The notes under the pieces were generated by a model that was not told the DNA's origin, did not search any database, and saw nothing but the letters and a program-made list of their open reading frames with translations. The translations under genes and the position numbers were made by a program. Positions 32,392 to 47,300 of a stretch of DNA of 64,000 nucleotides are shown piece after piece. This DNA comes from Antedon mediterranea. Its lineage: Eukaryota; Animalia; Echinodermata. The stretch spans positions 29,326,001 to 29,390,000 of the forward strand of contig NC_092674.1 of assembly GCF_964355755.1 (NCBI RefSeq), given 5' to 3'. Each line of letters begins with the position of its first letter. Positions within the stretch are counted from its first letter, which is position 1.

Positions 32392-35300
32392 ATGGACACC
32401 ACACCCCAGCCAGATGAATCTTCTCTCGGTGACCTCATTAAAGAGTCGTTTGTCCTCATCCTTACTCTCTTCTTTACTACCATATGGGTCGTTTACATCA
32501 CATACTACAACTCTAGGGTTTTTGCCATCTTTATCACTGCTGTTCTCAACAAGTTTCACAGACATGGAAATATACACATAGGTACACAAATTGTTTTTTT
32601 TTTTTTTACTTTCTTAAGTAAGATTTCAATAGTATAATTACATATAGACAAAGAATTAGTCTATAATAAATGACAGTACTGTATAAATATAAGTGTCAAC
32701 ATATATATATAGTGTAACAACCACAAGTATGTAAATTTGGACTAAAATGTAAAGATTTATTTGGCTCTCAGCTCACTAAATATGTGGTTTTTGTTGGGTT
32801 TTTTTTGCAAGAAAATAATTTAAATTTAAATTGTAAGAGGTATATAATTAAATTGATAAAGTGTAATTCTTGAAGAACTATTAAAATTATAATTTATGTT
32901 CCTATTAATAGTTTCACTTACTTAGTCACTTTGTTGCTAAGCAACGTCATTACTGCATTTTTTGTTAACTCTTTAGTTCAATTAATTTGCTTCCTGTATA
33001 ACAATCCAGAAATGGAACACAACACTATATTATGTATTCTATGATAAGTAGCTAAAATTAAATTTACATTTAATTAATGACTACATTTTTTTTCATGATT
33101 AGGTTCAATTTCAATATCAGTCCTATCAGGCAAGTTAATGTTTCGTGATGTTGCATACATTACAAATGATTTTTCAGTCAGGTAAAGTAACAAACACATT
33201 TTTATTCATGAATTTTGATTAATAGACAAAATTTATAATTGCAATATGTTGTCATGATTTTATACATTGCAACAATATGGAGACACTAAAGTACATACAG
33301 TAGTAATATGCACACACTAAAATACATAGTACTTAATTATTTATATTTTTTAGAGTGCAAGATGGTTATGTTATTTTTCGTTGGTGGAGGATTTATAAGC
33401 CGAGCAGTAATGAAGAAGGTATGTGAACTGAGTAACCCAACAATCATTAAACAGTTGATTCTTCAATTATATTAACATCATCGTTAGACAGAGCACATCC
33501 TACTATTTTGTGCCATTTATTCTTGTCGTGGGCCAGGTGTGTCTCAAGTGGGCCAGTGTAATTTATACTGTTTTCAAGTTATCCTGTATCATTTTTGCCC
33601 ATATTTTTTGGGGTCTTTCAACATCTTTTTACTTTCTTGTTATCTTACCCTAGAGCTAGTATTCTTCAATTATGCCACAAAATCAATCTTTTTTATGAAT
33701 TCATGTGTGTTTTTTTTTCAATCAATTGTTTTCCTTTATCTAGAAGGTTCTCAGGTATCTACACGCTTAAATATTTTGCTGAATGGCTTTGAACTGCATT
33801 GTTATAATCGCTCAACACTCTACGCAAACCTTGAACATTTATTTGGTCTGAGTGTGGACACATTTCCTCCGGAAGAACCAAGTAACATTGACAGGTAATA
33901 ATTGTTTATTAATTTCCACACAACATTTTGTTGGAACAGTACATTGTACATACAAAATCTAATATAAAACATTACCATGTAGAAGTTGTGTCTTGATCTA
34001 TCTGTATTTATTTTTAGCTCCTCCTCATCAGAGTTAGAGACCAACCGTCAAGACAGCTTATGGAGAGATTTCTTTGGAGTTATTAAGGTTGATATATTCA
34101 CTGTAAGTTCTAATTTTATCCTTAAAACATACTGAAAACTAATCAGACATTTTTATTTCAGAAGACGTTGTTTTTACAATATTTGAAATATCATATATTA
34201 AGAGCACTTGATATTGTTGATAGGCATCTATACTGCCAAATGATATACTGGAAATTTATATTAATTTGTAAACGGTGAAGATCAATATTTTAAAATGACA
34301 TCTTACCCTTAGACCATTAGGGCTTTCATTGCATTGCTAAATTGTTAAAAATGACACTTATTATATACATTACTTCTCTAACTTGGACCTCCTGTATTAA
34401 GGCCTTTTCATTAGACATTTAATTTTTAAAAAACCAAACCAAAACATTAAACAAATTTTGGATGGGAGATATTAATAACTTTTTCTCTCCTTGTTGCACT
34501 GTTTGAATGTATTCTAGGGTCATATAGTTTTTGGTAACAAATTGACACCAACGGTGCTTCGGATAGGTGCCGAAGAGACGCACATAACGTACACCACCAA
34601 GGCTGCCTCGTGTCCACATGACGAGTACTCACACGACATTAAATGTAAAGGAGAAGGCCTGAAAATCATGTTCTCACCCAGTCCTAGGTTTGAAGGAGAG
34701 CAAGTTGAGTAAGTTCATTGTTTTGTTTTTGCAAAGGCATTACCCTGTCTAGTGTGAACAGACTTTATACAAAGACTCTTTCAAACTTTGTTTGCACCAT
34801 CTGGTTTGAAGTGTGATTTTACATAAAGCTCTGTCTACACTATCAAACTAGTTTGACAAAAAAGTGTGATGTACCCAAATATGCTAGTGACATGCCCAAA
34901 TGTGGTAGTGATATGACATCATCATGTCCATAACATTTTTTGTCACACAAAGTTTGATTGTGTAGACAGAGCTTAATAAGAAAATTGATTTTTCTGGGAT
35001 AGGGGGTAGAATATTCAAAGCAGTATGATTACTGTTATTTATATTAAGTATAGTAGATATAACAGCTGAACTTTCATCCTCATGTCATTTTTTAATTTAA
35101 TTAATCTGTTTTTCTTTCTTTGTTTTAGTCCACCACGGTTTATGGGTGAGGGATTTGTGGTTTTGCAGTCTAACAATTTTGATGTGCATTATTTCTATGA
35201 TGAACCAGGTATGCTAAAAGGAATTTATTAAATTATATTTATCATTATTTATGATTATAAATATGTTATATATTGCTAGATTCACACCATCTTTTTTGTT

Positions 35301-38300
35301 GTATTCTTAGCTTGTGTATGTATTTTATGGATTATGTCATGCTTTTTACTTCAGTTACAGCAGTAACTAAATATTTTTACCTCAATAGTGTATGATTTTA
35401 GCAGGGAAGTGTGTATTTTCACTCTTCCCTGGATTTTCGTTTGTTTCAATGCAGAAGCTTATAAGGCACTGCAATAAACAATATGTATTATTAACCAAAA
35501 AAATAGAGCTTGCTAAATAATTGCATAAACAGATTAAAACAAAATATAGTTACTGCAGTAACTACAGTAGAATAATTTTGACATTGTCTCTTATTGATTG
35601 ACCATTCTTAGGTTATGTGAAAGAAGGACAAGAGAATGAACCACCACCAGTATTGACAATGCATCTGACTTGTGGTAAGGCTACAACAATCAGTTATGGA
35701 CCCTGGGCAGACAGACAAAGGTATGTTCAAGTTCATCTACCTCTAACAAGTTCTATTCAGTATATTCTTTTAAATTTTATGTATTTAGGTACATGTGGCC
35801 AAAGGATTACAAATAGTAAATACTGTAGATCACTGTCCTATTAGATAGGTGGTAATCCCCCTGATACAGGGGCTATTTTGTGAACCAGTTCACTGAGGTA
35901 ATCTACTTTTATTGAATGATGAACTGGGTTCTTTAAAGTGTACATGGACAAACTGTTATTAGTGGTTAGTCCTTATACGAGAAGGGTGTTCAATCACTCT
36001 CCTATCAGATGAGTGATGATCCCCTGAACCAGTTCACCAGGGTAACCCCCTACTCATCTCTATTGGGTCTACTCTAAGTGCACAAGGACAAACCTTATCC
36101 GAAAAGGGTATTCAGTCACATGGTTCTGGGCAAGTTAAAGAATTGTACACATTTTAAATTGCAGAGATTTTCTTCAGAAGGTGTTCTACCCAGCTGATTA
36201 TAAAGTACTAGAGAAGACACCACCGGTGAACGTTGGTGAAAAGAGGAAGGCGACATTGTTTGATTTTTACCTCAACATGGTGGAGGAAAATACACTAGAC
36301 ATTCTCTTTACCACAGATTCAGTAGGTCAAGGGTCATCATAATGATTATAATATTTAAAAAAAATATTCTAATATTTATATACAGTCTGTATACATGTTA
36401 TATTGAGCAATCCAAAAAGGTTAGATAAAGTCTGACTGATTCTTAACTGTTAAATACTTAATTCTTGGAGTAGTTTTAGCTAGTACCCTGTATAAATATA
36501 TATTCAAACGTTTTGTTTCCTAGGTAACCGATGCAATTCACATCAGTACTGGTAAGGGCTCATACCTTGAGACATCATTTCCATTAACAGTTGAAGAAGA
36601 TGGTTACAAAACGGAGGTCAAAGGTCAATTATTTAATGTGGAAGCTACTACTAGTCTTGCATTCAGCCGTTTTATAGAAACTGAAGCATTAGAGGTAAAA
36701 CTGAAAGAGAAAATGACCAGATATATTATTCTCTAATAGTTAGTTGCTTATAATGATAAATAACTTACATTTTTTTTTCTTCAGTATTCCATTGTAGTTG
36801 AACACCCTTTAGTATGGAATCATCATCAGAACTGGAAAATAAACCTGGACTTCAGTCACACATTAGTACATCTTATATACCAACACAAACTTTTCCTAAC
36901 AGGTGAGTCTAAAGCTCTGTCATACTATCAAACTAGTTTGACAAAAAAAGTGTGATGTGGCCAAATATGGTAGTAATATCATCATGTCCATATATGGGCT
37001 CATCACATTTTTTTTGTCACTTAAAATTTGGACAGAGCTCACAAATGTGTTGAGGCTAACTATACAATTCATTTATCTGTAGTTTTAATCATTAGTTAAA
37101 CCACAAAAAAATGTCTGAAACACATCTAATATTTTCTTTATTTGTAGATCTGCTCTCTGATTGGTCAGGCAAAGGTTTACAAGACTTGATGTCATTTGTC
37201 CCATACACCATGCATCTTAACTGTACATTGAATCAATTTGAGCTTAATCTTATGTGCAATGAATATAATTGGATGGATTGTACTTCACCAAACCTCAATA
37301 ATAGTAAGTACTGTCTACTGTTGGTAGTGGTAGAGAGGGAAGGTGGTAATAGGGTGATAGTGGAAAGTGGTGCTAGGAAAGTTGTTACTTGTGACAGAGA
37401 AAAGGTCTGGAGGAAAAATGGTGCTGGTGACAGAAAAAAATCTGGAGCAGAAATGGTGCTGGTGACAGAGAAAAGGTATGACAGAAAAAAGGTCTGATGA
37501 CAGAGAAAAGTTCTGGAGGAAAAATGGTGCTGGTAACAGAGTTGATATGTTATGTTACTAATTATGATGATCCAATTTTAAATATCGCACGCATATGACA
37601 TATTTGCCAAGCTTTCAGTTGAATTGGTGACTTTTTGTGACTGCTATTTTGGTATTATAATTCCCATCATTTGTTATTATCTTTCTTCTTTATAGCATGC
37701 ATTGCTTTCAATGGAGAGCAGATGGACATTTCACTGGTTCTTCCGTTCTCAGACTTCTTACCTGTAGTTGTTCCTGTCAAAATTATTTTTAAAGTAAGCT
37801 AATTTTCAACATAATGTTTGTTCGGTATAAAAATGTTTGCACACACCCATACACATGAAGTATCAAAATGACCGAAATTGTACTAGGAAGGTTTTAAATA
37901 TATTTGAAAACTGCTGTTAGGGGAGAAATGGATTGGCAGTAACCTAACCCTGGTTACTTATAAGAAATACTTGGCATGTGACCTCATTTTTTTTGTAGAG
38001 AACACCCTAGGGTAAAATAATATGTTCCCTAAACTCATTTTGTTTATTGGTGTAGGTTGGACCAGTGACTGGGTATTTACACATTCCAGAGAGTTTTACC
38101 AATTATCATACTTTGATTGGTATTGATCAAGCCACCAAGAGCCATGTGGAATGGCCTGTACCACGCCCAGATTGGGCCTCCATTACAAATAAGTAAGTGC
38201 TTAAGTCTACATATATAAGCATTTTATATACTGTATATAAAGCTCTTTATACACTATCAAACTTGATGATGTCATATCACTACCATATTTGGGCATATCA

Positions 38301-41300
38301 CCACCATATTTGAGAACATCACACTTTTTTGTCAAACTAGTTTGATAGTGTAGACAGAGCTTAACAATAGTTTTGTGGTATACCATGTTGGAGAAATAAA
38401 TTTGAGAATGTCTGTCCTTGGAATCATTTTATCACTTTTTATCATGTTTATTCGCTATTACAATAACTCTACAAATTAACCTTTCTTTAAACATTTCATT
38501 TTGTAGGCCTGGTTGGATTGAATGCGCCTCAGTGCCTTACTTAGGTTTAAGCATCGTCTACTCCTACCATCCTGTCCCATCATCTGAATGCGTTCCACTT
38601 TTGAAAATATCTGACTGCAAAAATGGAAAACCATCAATAACAGTTACCAAAATAGGCAATAAGTTACACACGACAAACAGGAGACAGCCCCGCTGGCGGG
38701 AGGTTGTCGAACCCGGTAACCTACCAGCGGACAATATGAGTCTTGAGCTTGATATTGGTCCGGCCGTTCTTGTGGCTTATGGGTCAATTCTGAAAGCGGT
38801 TTTAGCATTGAAGGTAACCATGCTATTAAATAATGTATTTGGTAGCTTAATTCAAATTTGTTTTCATATTTTTTTTTACACCATTTCTTCATTTCTTCAA
38901 CCAATTTATCATCAATTTTCAGGAAAATTATCTTGGTGTAGATATTGATTACATGGATCTAGGACGCCCTCTGGAGACTCAACCAATCCAAAAGCCACTA
39001 GATAAACCCGAAGAACGAATTGTGAATCCTCTTAGTTTGCGCCCCCTACAAGTGACATTTGCGCTTACTGTACATACCCTACAAGCATATTTACCGACAG
39101 TAAGATTATATTTTTTAATTTCTAAAAGTTTTTTCCACATTCACAATATTGTATTTTCTACAATAAAAAAAAACAGTTTTGACACTTTTGTGGCTAAAGG
39201 GAAGTATTTTTAATCACTAAAAATGATAAGGCATAGTGGAAAGCATGTAGAAAGCATTACCAAGTTCCATTACACAGTTTTAAATTAAATTTTTTCTTCC
39301 AACATTAGTTATACCAGCCTGCTTACTACCACTATTTCTTCTCTCAGCTTATATTATAATAGATTATATTAGATTGTGATCATGTGTAATGGGATACATC
39401 AAAAGAATATTATGTTTTTTCAGCATCTTTGTAACCAGACTAATGAATGTCTGATACTGAACATGGACAGGCTAGTGGTTGAAGCACATAAAGCTTATTT
39501 TCAAACCAGATTACAGGTGCTACTGTCACCTGTATCTCTACATATTGCTAAGCATAATCAGGTAGGCACAAGTCCAAATTCTTGTTCTATTACAGTTATT
39601 TAAAGAGGTCTTAAACCGTAGCCAGTCATTTTACAGGATAGTGAGTTTGAATCTTTCTGGCTATGAACTTGTACCTCCAAAATTCATTCATATTATTATT
39701 AATCGCTTCTAAAATTATTTATATGTTTATCTCTTGCAGGATGTTCCACAAGATATTCCAGACTGTAGTAGCAATAAGAATGGTTTTTGTCTGTCAGGTT
39801 TACAGCTCCGAGCACATGCAATGTTTTCAGACGAAGGCCTACCCCCTGAGGTAGATACTGTGGAGTATGCATGGCTCGTTGAGCTCCAGCTAGGCCTGCT
39901 ATCAGGACAACTGTCGCCAACACAGGTACTTGCAATGTTCTATTATTAAAAGTTGATAACTTTTAAACTGAGATTATAGATTCGTAGTACTCGTTTTCTC
40001 TAAAGCTCTGTCTACACTATCAAACTAGTTTGACAAAAAAAGTGTGATGTGCCCTAATATGGTAGTGATATGTCCAAATATGATAGTGATATTTTCACTC
40101 ATTTTTGTATAATTTATTATTTTGTATGTTTCAATTTTGTATATTTTTATTGGTCTAGGTACATGCATGTAAAAGTTACCCACAATCTGGCCTTTGGCCA
40201 CTAGTGGTAACTTGTGGCATGGTGGTGTCTAATGTTTTTGATGTTTTATATGAAATAAAGAATAATAATAATGATATGACATCATCATGTCCATATATGG
40301 GCACATCACATTTTTTGTCACATACAGTTTGATAGTGTAGACAGAGCTATACATTCAGATGATAATTTGTAGTTTTTTTTAAACTTTATAATGATTTAGT
40401 AGTTTAATGTTTAAAACATATATCAAACAAAGATGTAGTATTTATATATTCTTTAGGCCTTGGCAGTTACCTCATTTGCCGAGACGTTCATTATGCTTGT
40501 GACAGACAGTGAGAACACCCTCGAGCAACCAATACGGGATGTCAAGTGCGTTCATCAAGTAATACAGACAGCCTGCAGAGTAAAGGAGAAAGTTTACCCA
40601 GTGCCGTGTCCAACAGAGGGCCTGCTCAAGTACCGCATGACAAGGGTGTGGTTGGAAGGCTTTCACATCTGCCTGAAAGAGGAAGACTCAGTTCTAGCAA
40701 TTCAGGTTTGTCAAACAATTTTTATTGATAACTGAGCTGACATAAGGCCAATTTACACAGACGAGTGAGTGGTAACGGTAAGCGGGAAAACTGCGTAGCT
40801 TGTCCCACGTAGAATCTGTATCTATCCTGAGTGGAAACCTGCTCGTTTGCGTTGTATGTATCTTGGTCATATGGAATAACTGTGTAAATTGGCCCTTACT
40901 GTATATGAATATAATGGCTAAAATTATTATTTCATCAGATTTGTTATTCTAATAGTAATATATATATTTCTTAATTTTGTTCAGACTTCATCAATGCAAG
41001 TCTCAACATGCAACCTCCACAGCGAGGCAGTTGAAGCTGGTCTGTCTTGTCACATGGACTTAGTTGAAGTTAAATTGTTCATGGCTCAAACAGAAACCAA
41101 CAAACCATTGCTTCAGGTTGGAGAATTAAAGCTAGGCCCAGTGAATCTAGATTCAGCTGACCTCTCTACCGGTCTTAGCAACTGCAAAGCTCAGCAAAGT
41201 TTTCTGAGGCTGCATGACAAGCGCTCTCGTCGGCTTTGGTTTCTCTGGCCGCCACTTAGTTTAAATTTCCATGCAAGTTGTGGTTGTCTGGGAGGTTGTA

Positions 41301-44300
41301 CTTTCTTTGGAAATGGGAAGAGTAATAAGTTTCTTTTACACGGAAAAAAGTATGCATCAAATCCGTCTAATAAAGAATGTCTTGCTTATGGTCAGAGTCT
41401 TTTACGAAATGAAGAAAATGTCTTACAGAGCAACGGAAGCAGAGGTGAATCTCCAACTAAAGATTTCTTCTTCACTCAGGGCTTTCTAAGTCCGGGATCT
41501 ACCCCATGTAGTCCATTTTCTGGGTTGTCAACAGAACCAGTTGTCATAGAAGATGACCAAAGCAGCTGTCAGAGCTCCGAAAAAACTATACGACCAGAAA
41601 CAATTGGCAGTGATCGGACAAGTATAAGATCAGATGGCACTGATGTCCAACAATCAAATATCGGATTGGTTGGAAGTTCTTCTAGCCTACCAACTACCTC
41701 AATGCCACTTCCAAAGTACCAACACACACGGCATCACAGTGATTTTGTAATGAGAAAAACAATGGATGTACAGAAACTGGAATCACCATCAGAGGTTGAT
41801 GAAACGGATATGCCGTTGCTAGAAAACCAAACAATCTGGTCACAGTCATCCACAAGTCTGAGTGAGTACTACTCAGCTGATGAAGATGCTCATTCTTCAT
41901 CAAGTTTGATCAGAGAAAATGGACAGCAATTGGTTGATCAAATACTTGCGTATGAATTTGATGTTTCTTTATCTGCTGAAGAAGGCTCGAAAAGAAACAC
42001 CGTTATTCACAAACCACAACAAGAGGTCGAATCAAACGTTTCATCCGGATCTTTTAAATCAGCAGCATCTGTCACTAACACAATAGCAGAAGATGTCAAT
42101 GACCAACCAAATGTCATTGACCTTCACGAGCAAGCTTCTGTAATGGCAGCATACACTCACCATCTTAGCCATGTGAGCTATGAACTCTTATCACCAGTCG
42201 CTCCAGGATCCAGTATTGATTCTGCACTGAGTGCTATGCGAACACCAGGTCCTCCTCAACCCACTTTTAATGTTATCCAACATGGCTTCAGTGCTGGTTT
42301 TATGCAGTTAAGAGATTCATTATCTGGAGAGCACAGCTTATCCAGCTCTGTGAGTGACATCATATCAGAGCTTTCTGTTTCCACGCCAACATCTACTCCA
42401 TTGAAATCTTTAGTGGATGAGTTAAACAGTTGCAATAATGTTGAAGGTGCATTTTTTTGTTACTTATCTCTGTTTTTATAATTCATTCATTTATTGTAAC
42501 CTGTTATTATAACTAATTAAACATAGAAATTGAAGAAAAAAAATTAAAAATCTAAGACAGTATATTAAGCAATTTTTATTTTAACTTTTTTTGGTTTTAA
42601 AGATGTAACCTCAGAAACCAGTGCCACCACCACAAACCAAGGTAACCGTGTAATCATCCGAGTTGGCGGTCCTCTGGAGGTGTTCTTGTCGCCTCTGATG
42701 CTACCTGCCATGCAAAAGTAAGGAAGCTGCCTTTGGGCATAACATTGTTTATTGGAAGAGGATGTCTTGAATGATTCAGTACTAGATTCTTGTTCATCCT
42801 ATATTGTTTTATAGTTAATAATAATAAAATATCTATATCCTTCTGTACTTGTGTACAAACATTTATAATTTCTATTTTCAATAGCTTATAAATATTAATA
42901 TCTCTATTCTCCAGACTGGTAGCTGTGTTGTTGCCCATTGTCAGTAATCTGAGCCCACCGCTGGTACTGGATCACTTGCATTCCTCATGTTTAGATCAGG
43001 TAGAAAAGACTGTTGACAAATCAAAGGAAGAAACGGACGCCTCTAATACACAACTGACGGTGAATCTTAAGCAGGTAGGTGGCATTGTCACAAACCTCTC
43101 AAATGTCATGATAATCGTGGGAGATTCTTGATATTTTAATTGATCTCCCACAACAGGTGCAATTTAGCTAGATTGTTTTTGATATACTAAAATGCATCCC
43201 GATATTCTGTGTCAGTTGGGACCTTTATTGGCATAAATTATTTTAATTTTCTTTTTAATTGATACATGTTTATGGCTTGTCATATTGTATTTTTGTGTCA
43301 GTTTCGGCTGTATGGACAACCCTTATTGAAAAAAATAAATACAAATAGAGTAATGCACAACAACTATTGTTAAAAGCAATCTAAAGAAGATGCCTGGTAG
43401 ATTATTCTATGATTTTGCTAATATATGGCACTATGTTTTTAGGTGAATGTCTGTTTACTGCAAGTTGGTTCCTGGTTCAAACCAGGAGACGTTGCGGTCC
43501 CTGTTCCAGTCCACTCTCTCTTAGCCCTCTGTGGATACAATTTCAATGTTGGTCTAACAACCGGCAGTGGTCTCATAGGACAACTGAGCGCACAGAAGCT
43601 TCATGCACAACTTAGATTACTGCCAGTAGGATCAAGAAAGGAAGATAGTGGAAGTGGTGTGACATCAATCCCTGACACACACTCTAAGGTCATGTTCTTC
43701 TGTAAACGAGATCAAGACCAACGGGAGTATGGCTGGATTATGGCAGAATTAGGCCTGGAAAACCTGAATATCAAGGGAGGACTACCAGAAAAGAAAGTTG
43801 TGAAGAAAGAGAAAATTGAGGTTACTCCCGTTCCTAATAGATCTAGTAATTCAAGCACTCCAGATGTGACCCAAGATGAGCAGTTGTCATTGGTTACAGT
43901 CAGTTTTGGAGGCATCTGGACTGGAGTTCCAGCTCCAAAGAAGACTGTGGCAGTTGAAGACATGGACAAACTGTAAGGATTCATTGCTTATGACACGATA
44001 CATTGTAATTGCATTACACATGTTTGTTGTTTTTACAGTATTATTATTGTAATCAGTGGAAATGATAAAGAGGTCATTCAACTGCTTTTTTCTTTCTTTT
44101 GATATAAATGTAATCTTTATATCTGCATATTGTTATTTATTTATATCATAATGATTATCATTTGTTTTATATTGAAACTTGTGAAATGAAATAATGTATG
44201 TAATAGGTCAATCTAGTTTTTTTTCTAGTTTTTTTGATATGTATTGTATTTCTTATAGATTCCTAGCCAACTTATTGAATACAGCTACCCCAGCACTTGA

Positions 44301-47300
44301 TGCCTGGTTAATACCAGCAGATCACATTAGTAGCACTTGGAAAGGTATAACTACAAGCTTTCACACCAGGAAGTGTGCCATCCTTGTGTCACTTATGACA
44401 ATGGCTCATGAAAATGAAGAATGGAAAAAGAGAAATGAGGTAACCACCATCACTCATCACAAATCACTCTGTCAAAATTGTTTGATGTATTTATTAATAA
44501 CAAGTCTCTGAATTTGTAACGATGTACTGTATAACGTTGTATGAAAACTGTATGGGCTACCCTGTGTAAAGAAATGTATGATAATAATAATTATCACATT
44601 CTTTAATTTTCTTTTTTCCCTCAGAAATCATACCCTCACTTAAGCAAGCGTTCTCACACCATCCAGGAGGACTTATCTTGTCAGCTTCTTGTTCTATTGC
44701 TCCGCTACATTCAGTCTTCAAGAATAGACTTAGACGATCTGCTAAAACCTCAAGTACTTCCGGCAGCCACCACTTTGGATAAAGGAGTACATGTTCTACT
44801 TCGTCAGTGGAGAATGAACCTCTCGCTTGTGAATCCAATGGCAGCCACACGTTGGCAGGTTCTAGCAATGGGTCCAACCAATACCGACACAATGGATACT
44901 GATCCACAATTTCTTGACAACCTGACAAATGATGGTGTGCTCACTGAAGGTGATGGCACACAAGAGCATTATGATGAAGCAAGTTCTCTTGCTCAATCTT
45001 ACCAATATACTCAAATGAAGGGATCACAATTGGATCTGTATCAGGAATTTGCAGAACCGCGACCTAGTAAAAGTGCTAATGTCTGGCAATCAGATTCATA
45101 CGCCAAAGTGCGATCACAGACAGACGGAAGCACAGCAACTGATAATTCTTACCACTCTACAGATCCTTATAATCAGAGAAGTAGAGTGTTAGAAGAGAGA
45201 AAAGCCGCAGCATCATCACCCACCAGTACATCACCACTAGATTCAGGAATGAACCATGGTGACATTGAATTAGGATCTCTTAATAGACCAGATCAAGTGA
45301 CCATGCGACCAAAACTGAAATCTAAATTAGCAGTCACCCCAACGGCTCCAATGATTGGTGAAGCAGACACGATGTTTTACCCTCTGTTGGACAACCTTGG
45401 CGTTCCTGGAGAACAACAGCTTGGCCAGCCAACAACAGTTTTGCAAAACCTTGGAGCGGTTTCTGTCGTTCTAGAGGTAAATTCAGCACGTGTGTATGTC
45501 ATTGATGACAAGCCTAGGAAGGCAACCTCCAGGAAGAAGTCAAGACACAGCAAAGCTATGAATTATCAAAAAATGGAAGGAGAAATTCTTGTACTGGACT
45601 GCCAGAAGTTTAGAGTTGATGCGATGGGAAAGTTGACATCTAAAGAAAATAACAAAAATCAACAGACAACCGACGAAGAGAAACAAAACCAGGAAAAACT
45701 CATCGACATCCAGTTAGCTGCCAGACTTGGGAAAATTCAACTCTTAGTGAATATGCCACTGTTAAGATTCATTGTACATTTGGTTTCAATGGTTAATAAC
45801 TTCAAAAGCACAAGAACAAACCTTAAGCTTGCGCGGTACACAAGCAATGCTCCTGTTGACACGACAGAGATGCTTTTGAGAGGAGAGTCAACTGAACTTG
45901 ATGAAACTGATGATGTCTTTGGTAGTCGATACTGGGAAGCTGATAGTGACACTGAACCACGATGTTGGCAGACAATGTATCACTTAATTGACCTTTATTC
46001 TGGGATGTCTGACCAAATGGTCAGAGGTCATCTGACTATTAATCCTCTTTTTAATATTGAGAATGAAGATGTTCAGACTAGTGAGGACGATGAAGTAGAC
46101 TCTCCGATGCAGACTCCGTAAGTTTGGTTAAACCATCTTTCGAATTGTCATAGTCTTGGTTCTAGATTGCAATTTGGTTTAATATTATTCTATAAATACT
46201 AGAGTTTGAAATTTCTGGTGGTGCCATAAAAAGAAACAATAATTGGCGGCAAGTCTAAAAATGTGTATGTGTTTGGAAAAATGAAATAATCAGGTTAATT
46301 TTAAACATTTTCATTGTGTTAAGCAGAACAAATAGAGCAATACATATTGGTTAATGTTGAAACTTTCTTTATTTCCTTCTGATTTATTTGCAGAAAAGAC
46401 GAAGAGGAGGAAGAAGAAGAGCTACCTGGATACTATTCAATGTTTGTGAATCATGTGATTCTGACAACTACAGCAGTCATTGACAATGTCTACCTTCAGG
46501 CCAAACTAGGAGGACTACAGCTTGAGAGTGAAATCATTAAACTCTATGGCAGCGTTACGCATGAACGGGAACAAAGACCACAATCGGGTAATATAATTAG
46601 ATTAGGATTATATCAAGGTTTACAACTACGTAAAGAGTTATATATATATATATATATACCAAGCCATGTTCCATCAGGTAGCTGCATAGGCACCCTCCTA
46701 TTTCAAAATACTGTAACAGCTGCTAAGCTACTGTGCTACTCGAGGGTTACACTGGCTCGTGTCATAAGGATTTAGTTCCCTTTTGTGTTTCCTGCCACCT
46801 ACTTTGTAGTTTGTTTTTTTTTGTTTGTGGTTTTTCTTATGATTGGCAATCAAGTATAAGAGCTATCCAATATTGTTTTTGGTACTGTTTCTGCCGGTAA
46901 GGGTGATCGGAGAAGCTTAGAACATTTAACTATACTTTGAAATGTTTGTTATAGGTCAGTTGCTAATGACAAATGTACAGAAGGTGTCAAGCACAGCTCA
47001 CTTTGATTTATTGAACATTCACCTTCTGGAAAGAAGCAGTCGCATTCGACAGTGAGTTGCAAAATGATTAAGATCCTAGAAAATAATTCTTCGTTTAGGT
47101 TCTTCTAAATGTATTAATCATTTCTGCTGTTGGCAGTACAACTATAATAGGATGAGAAAGTTTTAGCTTTAGTTCCAGCTTTCATATATGTTGCACTGGA
47201 ACATTGTGGAACACTATTAACTCTGTTATTAATGATGCTAAATTAATTTAAAATAAATAGTGCTCTTTTAATGGATTTAAAACATATTTATACAATACAG

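Noticed and set aside
42835-42843. ATATCCTT resembling a U12 donor
   Set aside because: It lies inside an ordinary GT-AG intron, not at an exon boundary.
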